A model generated the notes under the pieces. The model saw only the letters and a list, made by a program, of their open reading frames with translations, made no database searches and was not told the origin of the DNA. The position numbers were made by a program, and so were the translations under genes. From positions 1-38,203 of the IMG/VR virus record IMGVR_UViG_3300039208_000182: a DNA stretch of 38,203 bases. One strand, 5' to 3'. Position 1 is the first letter of the stretch, and each line of letters begins with the position of its first letter. Origin of the DNA: a virus. Its lineage: Duplodnaviria > Caudoviricetes. This document shows, one piece after another, positions 18,715 through 26,543 of this stretch.

Positions 18715-19043
18715 TGCTTAAATTCAAGGACAAAACAGTGCGGCTTGATAACCTGCGCCCACAGATGGTGCTGGGTCTAATAGTGATGCGGGACGCTTTG
18801 GCGGAACATGGGTACGACTGTATCGTCACTAGCTGTAATGATGGTCACCACAGCTACACCAGCTTACATTACGCGGGCAGTGCGGTAGATGTGCGCAGCA
18901 AGCACATTGCCTCCAATGAGGAAAAACAGCTAGTACTGGTGGAGGCTCGTAAGGCCCTGCCCCGGCATTTTGATCTTATACTGGAATCCCTAGGTACCCC
19001 CAACGAACATTATCACATGGAGTACCAGCCTAAAAATGACTAA
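18714..19043 (+). CDS. Putative endolysin, peptidase M15-like (LAS-type Zn peptidase)
   Basis: VTS..DG.H...SLHY.G.AVD.R...EHYHMEY (H-x6-D...H zinc ligands). Confidence 0.75.
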   Translation: MLKFKDKTVRLDNLRPQMVLGLIVMRDALAEHGYDCIVTSCNDGHHSYTSLHYAGSAVDVRSKHIASNEEKQLVLVEARKALPRHFDLILESLGTPNEHYHMEYQPKND

Positions 19044-19407
19044 AAAATGGCCATATGTCGTTACTGATCACCAGATCATATTGGATACTCCCATAAAGGG
19101 ACACGCAGGACGGGTTCTACCCTACGTTAGGCTACTCCCCAATGGTCGTATTATTATTAGCAAAGGGTATGCTTGGGATGGGGCTACCTGGGCACCAGAC
19201 TTTAAATGGGTGATGTTCCCATCATTGGTGCATGATGCCTTCTATCAGCTGATGCGCGAGGGAGAAGTGGCCCATCGGGTAAAGAAAGAGGCCGACGAGC
19301 TTTTTTACCAGTTGATGATACAGCGTGGTGCCCCTAAATGGTTAGCAACTATGTACTACTGGGCGGTAAAAAAGCTCGGTGGCCGTGGTTGGATTAATCG
19401 GCAATAA
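19036..19407 (+). CDS. DUF1353-like protein
   Basis: GYAWDGAT...SLVHDAFYQ...ADELF...YWAV. Confidence 0.7.
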   Translation: MTKKWPYVVTDHQIILDTPIKGHAGRVLPYVRLLPNGRIIISKGYAWDGATWAPDFKWVMFPSLVHDAFYQLMREGEVAHRVKKEADELFYQLMIQRGAPKWLATMYYWAVKKLGGRGWINRQ

Positions 19408-19408
19408 A

Positions 19409-19451
19409 TAGCAACCACAAAGGGTTGAAACTACCCTGTTGTGTGTTGTTA
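19409..19451. terminator. Long imperfect hairpin at the convergence of the two transcription units
   Basis: TAGCAAC-CACAA-AGGGT pairs with ACCCT-(G)-TTGTG-(T)-GTTGTTA; no clear poly-U tract. Confidence 0.4.
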
Positions 19452-19613
19452 CTGGTATTCCGGCGTCTTAGTGCTATGTTCTGCTGTCTTAATAATCGCA
19501 GCTCTACCTTACGATCTTCGGGGAAGTCTTTAATGGATTCCTCGAATTTTTCGTTATTATATCGGGCAGCTTCATAAGCAGGGCAGGACCAACGGCAGCC
19601 ATCATTCCCCCAA

Positions 19614-19784
19614 TCATTCTGGTGGTGACTGGCGGCCTAGCATAGACTCCAGACGTCGCCACTGACTCTTGCTTTTTGGGGTTGGGAGCCTTGCAATAGC
19701 TTCTAATAATTTTTCATGTTTTTCCTTGGAACTATCTCTACCATATAAGATCATGCGTGTTTCCTCAATTTTGTCCCTAATCAC
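19614..19784 (-). CDS. Hypothetical protein
   Basis: GGAGG RBS plus GTG at 19784 overlapping the upstream gene end. Confidence 0.45.
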   Translation of the reverse strand: MIRDKIEETRMILYGRDSSKEKHEKLLEAIARLPTPKSKSQWRRLESMLGRQSPPE

Positions 19785-19971
19785 TATCTTCCCTCCCCGC
19801 CTCATACCCGGCGGCGTAACCATCCTCAAAAGAATCCCTGAGGGCGGTACGTATATCATATTCTATTTCAGCAAAAGGAAAAGTATAGTCATAAATATCT
19901 AATTGGGGATTAATGTAAAAAAATCGTTCTTCAATAGTTCTTAAGAGTAATGTTAAATCCTCATTCCACAT
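19777..19971 (-). CDS. Hypothetical protein
   Basis: GGAGG RBS plus ATG 19971; C-terminal FEDGYAAGYEAG repeat. Confidence 0.6.
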   Translation of the reverse strand: MWNEDLTLLLRTIEERFFYINPQLDIYDYTFPFAEIEYDIRTALRDSFEDGYAAGYEAGREDSD

Positions 19972-21175
19972 TCTGCTTCCTCCGCATCCGGTGGTACATT
20001 TCAATGGCCCGCTTTTTGTTACCAGCGACCACGGCTCTAACCGCTGCCATGAAAGCCCCGGCCCCATCCGTTAAACCATCTAATGGTGGTTCAACTGGCG
20101 GCTCAGTAGTAGTCCCCCCATCGTCGTCCTTGGGCTCCTGAGTTGCCGGATCAATCTCCAACCAACCATCCTTCTGCGCCAATCGCCACCAGCTAGCAAC
20201 GTCTGATAGTTTGCGCTCACGTGATTTGTGGACTACCTTGCCGTCCGGTCCATCTGCCGTGGCCCAAATCTGGTTGCCATCTACTCGCACGGTTCCCTTA
20301 GAACCCCTAACGTGCTTGTCATCCTGATACTTAATGGCACTGTATAGGCGGCATACTCCCTTGTTGCCGGAGTCTACCATATTGATGGGGGGTTTAGTGC
20401 TATGGTCCCCGCTGGTACAGACTACCAGGGCATCACCATTCTTGAACTTGATAACGTCGATACCAGACCGGAGCCAATGCTCACTCTTAGCCTTGCCCGG
20501 TACTCTAGGGACTATATCAGAATAAGCAATACTAAGCTCAAATCCAAAATCATTATCGTTGAACTGAAGTTTCTGGTTGCGAAAATTCTTAACTCTTTGA
20601 GCCCCGCCAGTCCGGAAGTGATAACTGGAGACAAGATTTTCCAGCTGCCACCCCAATCCCTGATTAAAAATTCCTCGGGGACCAGCGGTAATCATAAATT
20701 TCTTTTCCTTATGAAACCGTCGACCATCATGGCCAGCCTTGCGGTCCAGAGTATATAACTCTAATGAACGGGGGTTTTCCACCAAAGTACGGTACCCCAG
20801 CTCATCAAAGAATGCTAGGAATTCCACGGCTTCTTCCTGCACATCCTTGGGACCATACCGATACATCATTCCCACACAGAAACACGTTAGTAACCAATAC
20901 AGCGGCCCCCACTCACTAAGCCCAGCCCTCTTGTGAACCTCAAAGAATTCCCGTGACTGGGACCAATCCCCCATTACCACACCAGCCGCCGCTGCCTTTA
21001 CCGCCGCGTGATTATTAGATCCATGCTTCCCCAAGGGAGGCTTAGTCACTGGTCGGGCAGCTTTCTCTGCTTCCTCTGTTAACTTGGATTTGGGATAGTT
21101 GTGTACATTATACTCCGGGTTGTCCCGCTGCACTATGTACAGTAATGCGCGGGCAGCTTTTTCTGTTCCAGCCAT
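19961..21175 (-). CDS. Hypothetical protein (404 aa), possibly polysaccharide-lyase-like
   Basis: GGAG RBS; helical N-terminal half with GSNNH and SEWGPLYW, beta-rich second half, TTTEPPVEPP linker; function speculative. Confidence 0.55.
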   Translation of the reverse strand: MAGTEKAARALLYIVQRDNPEYNVHNYPKSKLTEEAEKAARPVTKPPLGKHGSNNHAAVKAAAAGVVMGDWSQSREFFEVHKRAGLSEWGPLYWLLTCFCVGMMYRYGPKDVQEEAVEFLAFFDELGYRTLVENPRSLELYTLDRKAGHDGRRFHKEKKFMITAGPRGIFNQGLGWQLENLVSSYHFRTGGAQRVKNFRNQKLQFNDNDFGFELSIAYSDIVPRVPGKAKSEHWLRSGIDVIKFKNGDALVVCTSGDHSTKPPINMVDSGNKGVCRLYSAIKYQDDKHVRGSKGTVRVDGNQIWATADGPDGKVVHKSRERKLSDVASWWRLAQKDGWLEIDPATQEPKDDDGGTTTEPPVEPPLDGLTDGAGAFMAAVRAVVAGNKKRAIEMYHRMRRKQNVE

Positions 21176-21177
21176 AT

Positions 21178-21876
21178 TTAGTTCTCCACTTTAATTTCGT
21201 CAGTATAAGCTGCATTTGAGCCCCAAGAATAGAGCGCAACGGTGCCTGTAGTGTGGGCTGTATCGGTCACTGTCCCAAAGCAATCTGTGCCGTCAATAGA
21301 CACAGTAAAGTCATCACCTGAAACAGTAACTATCCATTCATACCAAGCATCATCGGTATAAGCCCCGTTACACTGGGCGGATACTGAATCAACCGCCAAT
21401 TCTGTAGCAACACCACCGTCTCGTTTAATTAAAATACAACCATTACGCTGATCGTCGCAGTCTACCCGGTAGTTATTATCTTTATCTGTGTAGCGCCACG
21501 CTAACCCAATACCATCATCATCAGTATTTCTCATCCACGCAGTAATAGTGTAATCAGTCCAGCTTTGAGCCGCCACGTCGTCCCAATAAAAATAGGTTCC
21601 TAACCTACCGGCTGGTGGGGGAGCCGATGACGTACCACCAAAACAATTGCTGTTTTCCCTGGCATGGCCTGTCCTACCGGCAAGCGCACCAGTGGCAACA
21701 GTCCAAGCTGATGGAGCACTAATGTCACAGTTATCAGCCTTAGTCCAACCAGTAACATCACTAGTAAAGTAGTCCTCCATCAGGAGTGTTGGTGCAGATG
21801 CAGTCCGCCTTACTATTACCTGCCCATCCAGGGGCAGGGCTAGTAAAAGAAATCCTGCCAGCAGCTTCTTAATCAT
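21178..21876 (-). CDS. Secreted lectin-like (concanavalin/DUF1080-type beta-sandwich) protein
   Basis: ATG 21876 with GGAG RBS; signal peptide MIKKLLAGFLLLALPLDG|Q; WTDYT...DDDGIGL.WRY.D.DNNYR...G.VALYSW; 6 Cys. Confidence 0.7.
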   Translation of the reverse strand: MIKKLLAGFLLLALPLDGQVIVRRTASAPTLLMEDYFTSDVTGWTKADNCDISAPSAWTVATGALAGRTGHARENSNCFGGTSSAPPPAGRLGTYFYWDDVAAQSWTDYTITAWMRNTDDDGIGLAWRYTDKDNNYRVDCDDQRNGCILIKRDGGVATELAVDSVSAQCNGAYTDDAWYEWIVTVSGDDFTVSIDGTDCFGTVTDTAHTTGTVALYSWGSNAAYTDEIKVEN

Positions 21877-22714
21877 AAGTGTACTCCATACAGATGGCAA
21901 TGGCGTCCACGGATCCTGTGACTGTACCAAAGTCTAAGTCTAACCTGTCACCATCGGCAAAAGTAGTATCCCCCGCGAACGTGCTATCCGTCACTCCGGC
22001 GGTAGTACATGTAATATTGCTACCGTTAACTCCTGTGGCGGTTCCATCATCTACTTCAATGTCCAGCGCCACTGACGTACCACCAGTTGCCTCACAATAA
22101 ATCTCCGTTGCCGTAACCGCTGCCGGTGCTCGCCACAGCGTTAAGAATTCCTCATCCGTAACTGGGTCTTCTACGTAAAAACAAATTGAGTGGGTAGGAA
22201 GTGTAGTATGTGCCCCATCTGCAATAGATGTCCCTAACTGGGTATTAAGCTCTGATAGGCTGTCAAGTTCCGTTTCCTCAATAGGGTCAAACGAAGTCAT
22301 AGCCGTTGTTACACTGGAGCAAGTGGGGGCTGCCTCATCCGTTAAGGCTGTTACCACTTGGTTTGTGCAACTTCCTACACCAGAATAACTGGAGGCAGCA
22401 TCATGCCCGGCCCATAACTCCGACAAACTTAATCGCTCATTGGTCCCACCACCACACTGGGCGGTTACAATTTCATCAGTGCCAGCTGCCGTGGTTTCAT
22501 TGGTAAGGTTACAAATAGTGCTATCCTGCCCAAAAGCCGAACTACCACCCCACGCCAACCCACCAACCAGCAAAATAATTTTTAACCACCTAGGAACCAT
22601 TTTAACTTTCTCCCACAATCCTCGGGGGCGAGCCTGGAGCAGTAAGTAGTACAAGTGACTTTGGGCGTCCGGGCTCTTCCCTCCTTTTACTTTAAATGTC
22701 CAACCTTCTTTCAT
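21869..22714 (-). CDS. Tail-fibre-like protein with signal peptide
   Basis: GGAGG RBS, TAATG-coupled ATG 22714 (alternative ATG 22600); RWLKIILLVGGLAWGGSSAFG|Q then DSTI.NLT..T.AAGTDEI...G.TN.R.SLSEL; C-terminal GDRLDLD domain; 8 Cys. Confidence 0.6.
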   Translation of the reverse strand: MKEGWTFKVKGGKSPDAQSHLYYLLLQARPRGLWEKVKMVPRWLKIILLVGGLAWGGSSAFGQDSTICNLTNETTAAGTDEIVTAQCGGGTNERLSLSELWAGHDAASSYSGVGSCTNQVVTALTDEAAPTCSSVTTAMTSFDPIEETELDSLSELNTQLGTSIADGAHTTLPTHSICFYVEDPVTDEEFLTLWRAPAAVTATEIYCEATGGTSVALDIEVDDGTATGVNGSNITCTTAGVTDSTFAGDTTFADGDRLDLDFGTVTGSVDAIAICMEYTYD

Positions 22715-22869
22715 TATGCCTCCAGTATTATCTTGGAACCGTCCTCTAGTAGGATGAAACCTGATCCATCTTCTAACAATAGGAAGTCTGGATCCCCTGA
22801 CGGCTGTTGGCCAGTAGGGTTGCCAAAAGGCAGCCCCATTCCCATCCCTAGTACACCGCCGTTTTTCAT
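22714..22869 (-). CDS. Small protein (51 aa) with LLEDGS repeats
   Basis: MKNGGVLGMGMGLPFGNPTGQQPSGDPDFLLLEDGSGFILLEDGSKIILEA; ATGA and TAATG overlaps; AGGAG/AAGGA RBS; absent from the ORF track. Confidence 0.75.
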   Translation of the reverse strand: MKNGGVLGMGMGLPFGNPTGQQPSGDPDFLLLEDGSGFILLEDGSKIILEA

Positions 22870-23105
22870 AACAATCCTTCTCCTCTCCGGATGCGGAAAA
22901 TCTCTTCACAGGTTTTGCATCCTGACCGAGTGGGGCCGACTCCGTTGTACTGGGGGTGATGGGGACAGGGTTCAATGTCGATTTCTCTGGCCGAATTTTC
23001 AAGAGCATCTGCCAGCCGCATAGAGCAAGTAGCGCATTTAACGTACTCCGTTTTCTCGGGCACAGTGAGTAGTGTCCCGCATCCAATACAACTTAGTTTC
23101 TTCAT
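22866..23105 (-). CDS. Small Zn-finger protein
   Basis: CIGC...CATC...CPHH...CKTC; ATGA coupling. Confidence 0.65.
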   Translation of the reverse strand: MKKLSCIGCGTLLTVPEKTEYVKCATCSMRLADALENSAREIDIEPCPHHPQYNGVGPTRSGCKTCEEIFRIRRGEGLL

Positions 23106-23233
23106 TCCCCCAGTATTTCGTCTATAATCTTATCCGCGATTTCTTCCGCCAACCAAGGATCAATCGTAATCCCGGCCTCCGTTAAAATTACATCGACAAT
23201 ACGCTCCTTTAGCGTGCCCTCATAATCGTTCAT
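23102..23233 (-). CDS. Hypothetical protein (43 aa)
   Basis: GGAGG RBS, TAATG and ATGA overlaps; MNDYEGTLKERIVDVILTEAGITIDPWLAEEIADKIIDEILGE. Confidence 0.6.
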   Translation of the reverse strand: MNDYEGTLKERIVDVILTEAGITIDPWLAEEIADKIIDEILGE

Positions 23234-23664
23234 TAATCCTCCACCAAGCTAAGAAAATCCTTACAATCCTTTATATGGTTTTCTACTTGATCTTCTAGTA
23301 ATTTAATAGCCTCCACTTTTTGATCTAATAATTCTTTTCTAGAGTAGGGAACTGATGGTTGTAGTAATTCCCCCGGCTCATCGTAAAAATAAGCTCTTTC
23401 CTTGGGATCCCAGTAAATAAGATGCGGGTCATCTTCCATCATTTCAAGAATTTCAGAAATAGAATTTATTTTAACTGGTGTGGGATCCCCAAAAATAGCA
23501 GGTTTTTTAGTACGAGAAAACCTAACACTCCATAGAAACTCCCTCGTATTTTTTCCTTTTAAGGAAATTACAAATCCTATAGAATTACCATAATCAAATT
23601 CATGTTCCACAATAATTGCATTGGGAAACTTCACACTTTTTAATTCAGACCCGGTAAAATTCAA
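23233..23664 (-). CDS. Hypothetical protein
   Basis: 143-aa ORF tiling the operon; TTG start. Confidence 0.6.
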   Translation of the reverse strand: MNFTGSELKSVKFPNAIIVEHEFDYGNSIGFVISLKGKNTREFLWSVRFSRTKKPAIFGDPTPVKINSISEILEMMEDDPHLIYWDPKERAYFYDEPGELLQPSVPYSRKELLDQKVEAIKLLEDQVENHIKDCKDFLSLVED

Positions 23665-24403
23665 CTGCTAAATCTTCTTTGTTCTTGTGGAACACGATCC
23701 GGGGTGAGCCCTGACTGCCGGGCGCGTAATCCTTCTGCTCCCCATAACCATCCTCGTACTCCATGTAATATCCTGTTAGTACGAAATGCTGGGTCGTGGA
23801 TTTAATGGACTTATTGCGCGAGTCATAATACCGCACTGGCATGAATTCGTGCGCCAGGTCATGAACGTGCCCCATGGCGTAAATGTCAGCACCAGGGAAA
23901 ATGTTGCGGAACTTCATAACCGCGTTAATCTTGCCGCCCCTGGTAGCAGCTCCACTACCGCCATGCTTAGCGTACATCAAATATGAAGTATTATCCACAG
24001 AAATGCGCACCACGCCGCCATATCCAAAATATGGCACCCCCAGCTCCCGTGCAAGATTCTTTCCGATATCGATGCCAGTATTCTTGCGAACTCGTTCTTC
24101 ATGGTTCCCCGTAATTGATCCAATGATCTGGTCCTTGTGGGGTTCTAACCACCGCAGCACTTCCTCGTACTGTTCCTGCGGCTGGATGTCTTGCTCGTAT
24201 ACCGAGGCTCCCACGCTATTAGCCAAACCGTAATCGCTTAGATCTCCCATTAGGAGAATCTTATCCCCATTATCCACACTTTTAGCCAGTGTGTCAAGTA
24301 ATCCTGTACTATTATGGCGCTCGTGCCCGATGTGGGTATCCCCGAGTAGAAGTAATCCTTCCCCCTCCTCCAGGTCTAAACTAATTAGTTTAATAGATTT
24401 CAT
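23645..24403 (-). CDS. Calcineurin-like metallophosphoesterase
   Basis: GDTHIG, MGDLSD, GNHE, KHG, MGHVH motifs. Confidence 0.88.
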   Translation of the reverse strand: MKSIKLISLDLEEGEGLLLLGDTHIGHERHNSTGLLDTLAKSVDNGDKILLMGDLSDYGLANSVGASVYEQDIQPQEQYEEVLRWLEPHKDQIIGSITGNHEERVRKNTGIDIGKNLARELGVPYFGYGGVVRISVDNTSYLMYAKHGGSGAATRGGKINAVMKFRNIFPGADIYAMGHVHDLAHEFMPVRYYDSRNKSIKSTTQHFVLTGYYMEYEDGYGEQKDYAPGSQGSPRIVFHKNKEDLAVEFYRV

Positions 24404-24407
24404 ACAG

Positions 24408-24773
24408 TTACCTCACCAAAATTATTTCGTTAGGCTCTAATTCTTCCTCAGTCTCACCCTCGATATTACCATACTGAAGGAGATTGTACGCCTCCAGTAC
24501 CCTATAATCTCCCTCAAAAATAGGGCCTTCTTCAAGGTCCACAGTATTCTCGTAGATATAGTCATCTAGTCTGGCGGTTGCTTCCCGCACCTGGTCGATG
24601 TGGGTAATTAAATACACCAATCCATCCGTGTACTCCTGCGCCAGGTGCTCCAGCATTGGCTTGCGGTTTAGGTTGCCGCCGTGTTTAGACTGGCCGTACT
24701 TGTACTTTTCCTGCACCCATTCGACTACTACCTTGGTAACTCGGGCCAGGTGAAAAATGGCGGATGTCTTCAT
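24408..24773 (-). CDS. Possible MazG-like nucleotide pyrophosphohydrolase-fold protein
   Basis: GQSKHGGNL...LEHLAQEYTDGLVYL pattern. Confidence 0.4.
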   Translation of the reverse strand: MKTSAIFHLARVTKVVVEWVQEKYKYGQSKHGGNLNRKPMLEHLAQEYTDGLVYLITHIDQVREATARLDDYIYENTVDLEEGPIFEGDYRVLEAYNLLQYGNIEGETEEELEPNEIILVR

Positions 24774-25030
24774 TGGTCATGGTTCCTTTCAAACTGATTA
24801 TTTCTGCCGGGAATCCGGTAGAGGGTGTGTACATCCACAAACCTAGTGACCAGCTCCCTAGCTTTATCCAAGGATTGACACTTAAAAAGGTCTTCCTCTA
24901 AATCCACTAAATCGTGTACAGCAGTGTTCACGGATCCTTCGCACCAACATTGTGTTTTACCAGGTCGGACCACGTGGTTACCACAGTTAGATCGCCCACA
25001 AAGAACAGCTTCTTCGTCCATTATCCCCAT
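24770..25030 (-). CDS. Hypothetical Cys-containing protein
   Basis: ORF tiling the operon with an ATGA overlap at its end. Confidence 0.55.
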   Translation of the reverse strand: MGIMDEEAVLCGRSNCGNHVVRPGKTQCWCEGSVNTAVHDLVDLEEDLFKCQSLDKARELVTRFVDVHTLYRIPGRNNQFERNHDQ

Positions 25031-25206
25031 TCAAATCCCACCTTGTCTAATTCTTTTTCAAAGTCCCTGATAGCTTTCAAATATACCCCCGCAGCTAGGG
25101 CAAGTCTGAATTCTTTTTCCACTATACTACGCGCAGCGACAGCAACTTCCTCCATATCTACACTAGAGTTATTAGAGTAATAATCTAAAAATTCTTCAAG
25201 AGTCAT
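25021..25206 (-). CDS. Hypothetical protein
   Basis: GGAG RBS plus ATG; 61 aa. Confidence 0.6.
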   Translation of the reverse strand: MTLEEFLDYYSNNSSVDMEEVAVAARSIVEKEFRLALAAGVYLKAIRDFEKELDKVGFEWG

Positions 25207-25225
25207 TTAATAGTATCTCCAAAAT

Positions 25226-25294
25226 TGGGGTGAGGCGGAGATTTGAACTCCACAACTAGGGTCACAACCTAGTCACCCACCTTGGGAACCTCAC
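25226..25294 (-). tRNA. Non-canonical tRNA-His(GTG)-like element, 69 nt
   Basis: Minus strand GTGAGG-TT-CCCA-AGG-TGGG-TGA-CTAGG-TTGTGAC-CCTAG-TTGT-GGAG-TTCAAAT-CTCC-G-CCTCAC-C-CCA: all four stems pair, GTG anticodon, C discriminator, encoded CCA; D-loop only 3 nt. Confidence 0.65.
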
Positions 25295-25709
25295 AACACT
25301 CTAAGTAATACTTACCCATCGTAATTGCATCAATCTCATGCTGGGTTAGCGATTCATCGACGTGGTACTTGTCGTTTTTCTTGGCCCAATCTTTCCACTC
25401 TTTGGGGTCTAAGCTCACTACCCTACATCCCATCTTTGAAGCTACTCCTATAAGAGCTCCCACCAAAAGAATTTGACTGTGTGCATTAGCTCTTCCTCCG
25501 CCGAAGGGGTAATACATTTCTATGATAAAATCTGTGACATGGCGGCTAGCTGAGATTTTATTTTTTAAACTGGTGGTATAGTGGTCAATAGCTTTCAAGG
25601 GTTCTACGCTATTAGGTCTTTTATCGTGAGAAGCGTACTTTACTTTCCCGTTGGGAGACATTAAAGCCCAGCCGGTATTAAGTGAGCCTGGGTCGCAGCA
25701 GAGGATCAT
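25269..25709 (-). CDS. RuvC-like Holliday junction resolvase
   Basis: ILCCDPGSLNTGWA, IIE, P.EWK, HEIDAI motifs. Confidence 0.8.
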   Translation of the reverse strand: MILCCDPGSLNTGWALMSPNGKVKYASHDKRPNSVEPLKAIDHYTTSLKNKISASRHVTDFIIEMYYPFGGGRANAHSQILLVGALIGVASKMGCRVVSLDPKEWKDWAKKNDKYHVDESLTQHEIDAITMGKYYLECCEVPKVGD

Positions 25710-25843
25710 GACCGTATCTCATCAATGATGAGGCGTATAAAATACCATATAAGACCTAGTATAGTCATACCCCCAAGTAATGCAGCAAGTAAGACTACTA
25801 AACAAACAGCTACTTCTATAATAATATATAAATTATCTACCAT
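25706..25843 (-). CDS. Small membrane protein (45 aa)
   Basis: MVDNLYIIIEVAVCLVVLLAALLGGMTILGLIWYFIRLIIDEIRS; ATGA overlap with the resolvase start. Confidence 0.6.
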   Translation of the reverse strand: MVDNLYIIIEVAVCLVVLLAALLGGMTILGLIWYFIRLIIDEIRS

Positions 25844-26543
25844 AATTTTCCATCTTTCCTCGTGGGCTTAACTTAGGGAATCCCCTGCCGCAGAAGAAAC
25901 AAAGCCCTTCTTTGTCACACCAGTCCGGCACGTTCTTATCGTCTATGTACTGGAGGGCGTTAACATGTCTTTGACGTATTTCCTCGAATGCGCCATTGTC
26001 AGGATATAACACCATGTCTGGACGATAAGTATACCCAGCCCGGTCAATAGGTAGACCTCCGAGCATTTCAGAAGTATTCCGATTAAAATAGACAAAATAA
26101 GTACATCCAAAAGGCCCACTATACCGAACGTCTCCTGATACCGATACGAGTTCATCGAAATGCAGATAAGTCTGAGCTTGCGGAACGTTGTATTCATATT
26201 TTTCTCGCCAGTCATTGGTCTTAGCCAGCGCTTTAAAATTCTTATCCTGCACCGCCTTGACCTCCAGCAGGGAGTAAGGAGTTTCCCCCTCCCCCTGGTT
26301 GTCGATTACCCCGTCGACATGGCCTACGATGGTAAAGTCCCCAAAATCGTGGATACCTTCACACTCTGTATCTACCAGCGCGATGCCCTCTTCCTTTAAT
26401 ATATCCTCCACTTGAGTCTGGAGGTAATGCCCGGTGGCTAGGAAATCTAACTTCTCCGCTGGTGGTTTGGCCGAACCAGGATCTAGCTCGGCCACAACCA
26501 GTTGACGGGTACAGGCTCCGGTTCTACTCCCCCGGAACTTCAG
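25833..26543 (-). CDS. Cas4-like PD-(D/E)XK exonuclease (probable CTG start)
   Basis: GHVDGVI...LEVK, QAQTY, C-terminal C....CFFC; extending to CTG 26543 adds FRGSRTGACTRQL and a GGAGGT RBS. Confidence 0.8.
   Translation of the reverse strand: MKFRGSRTGACTRQLVVAELDPGSAKPPAEKLDFLATGHYLQTQVEDILKEEGIALVDTECEGIHDFGDFTIVGHVDGVIDNQGEGETPYSLLEVKAVQDKNFKALAKTNDWREKYEYNVPQAQTYLHFDELVSVSGDVRYSGPFGCTYFVYFNRNTSEMLGGLPIDRAGYTYRPDMVLYPDNGAFEEIRQRHVNALQYIDDKNVPDWCDKEGLCFFCGRGFPKLSPRGKMENYGR

Noticed and set aside
22715-23086. N-terminal 124 aa of track ORF 21869..23086
   Set aside because: Overlaps two better-supported coupled genes in other frames; the RBS supports a start at 22714
25226-25270. tRNA 3' half as an attP site
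   Set aside because: No integrase or repressor in the window, and the 5' acceptor and anticodon strands are complementary; not fully excluded because the genome is partial
25833-26543. Cas4-like gene as evidence of a CRISPR system
   Set aside because: No repeat-spacer array or other cas genes seen; solo Cas4-like nucleases are common in phage replication modules
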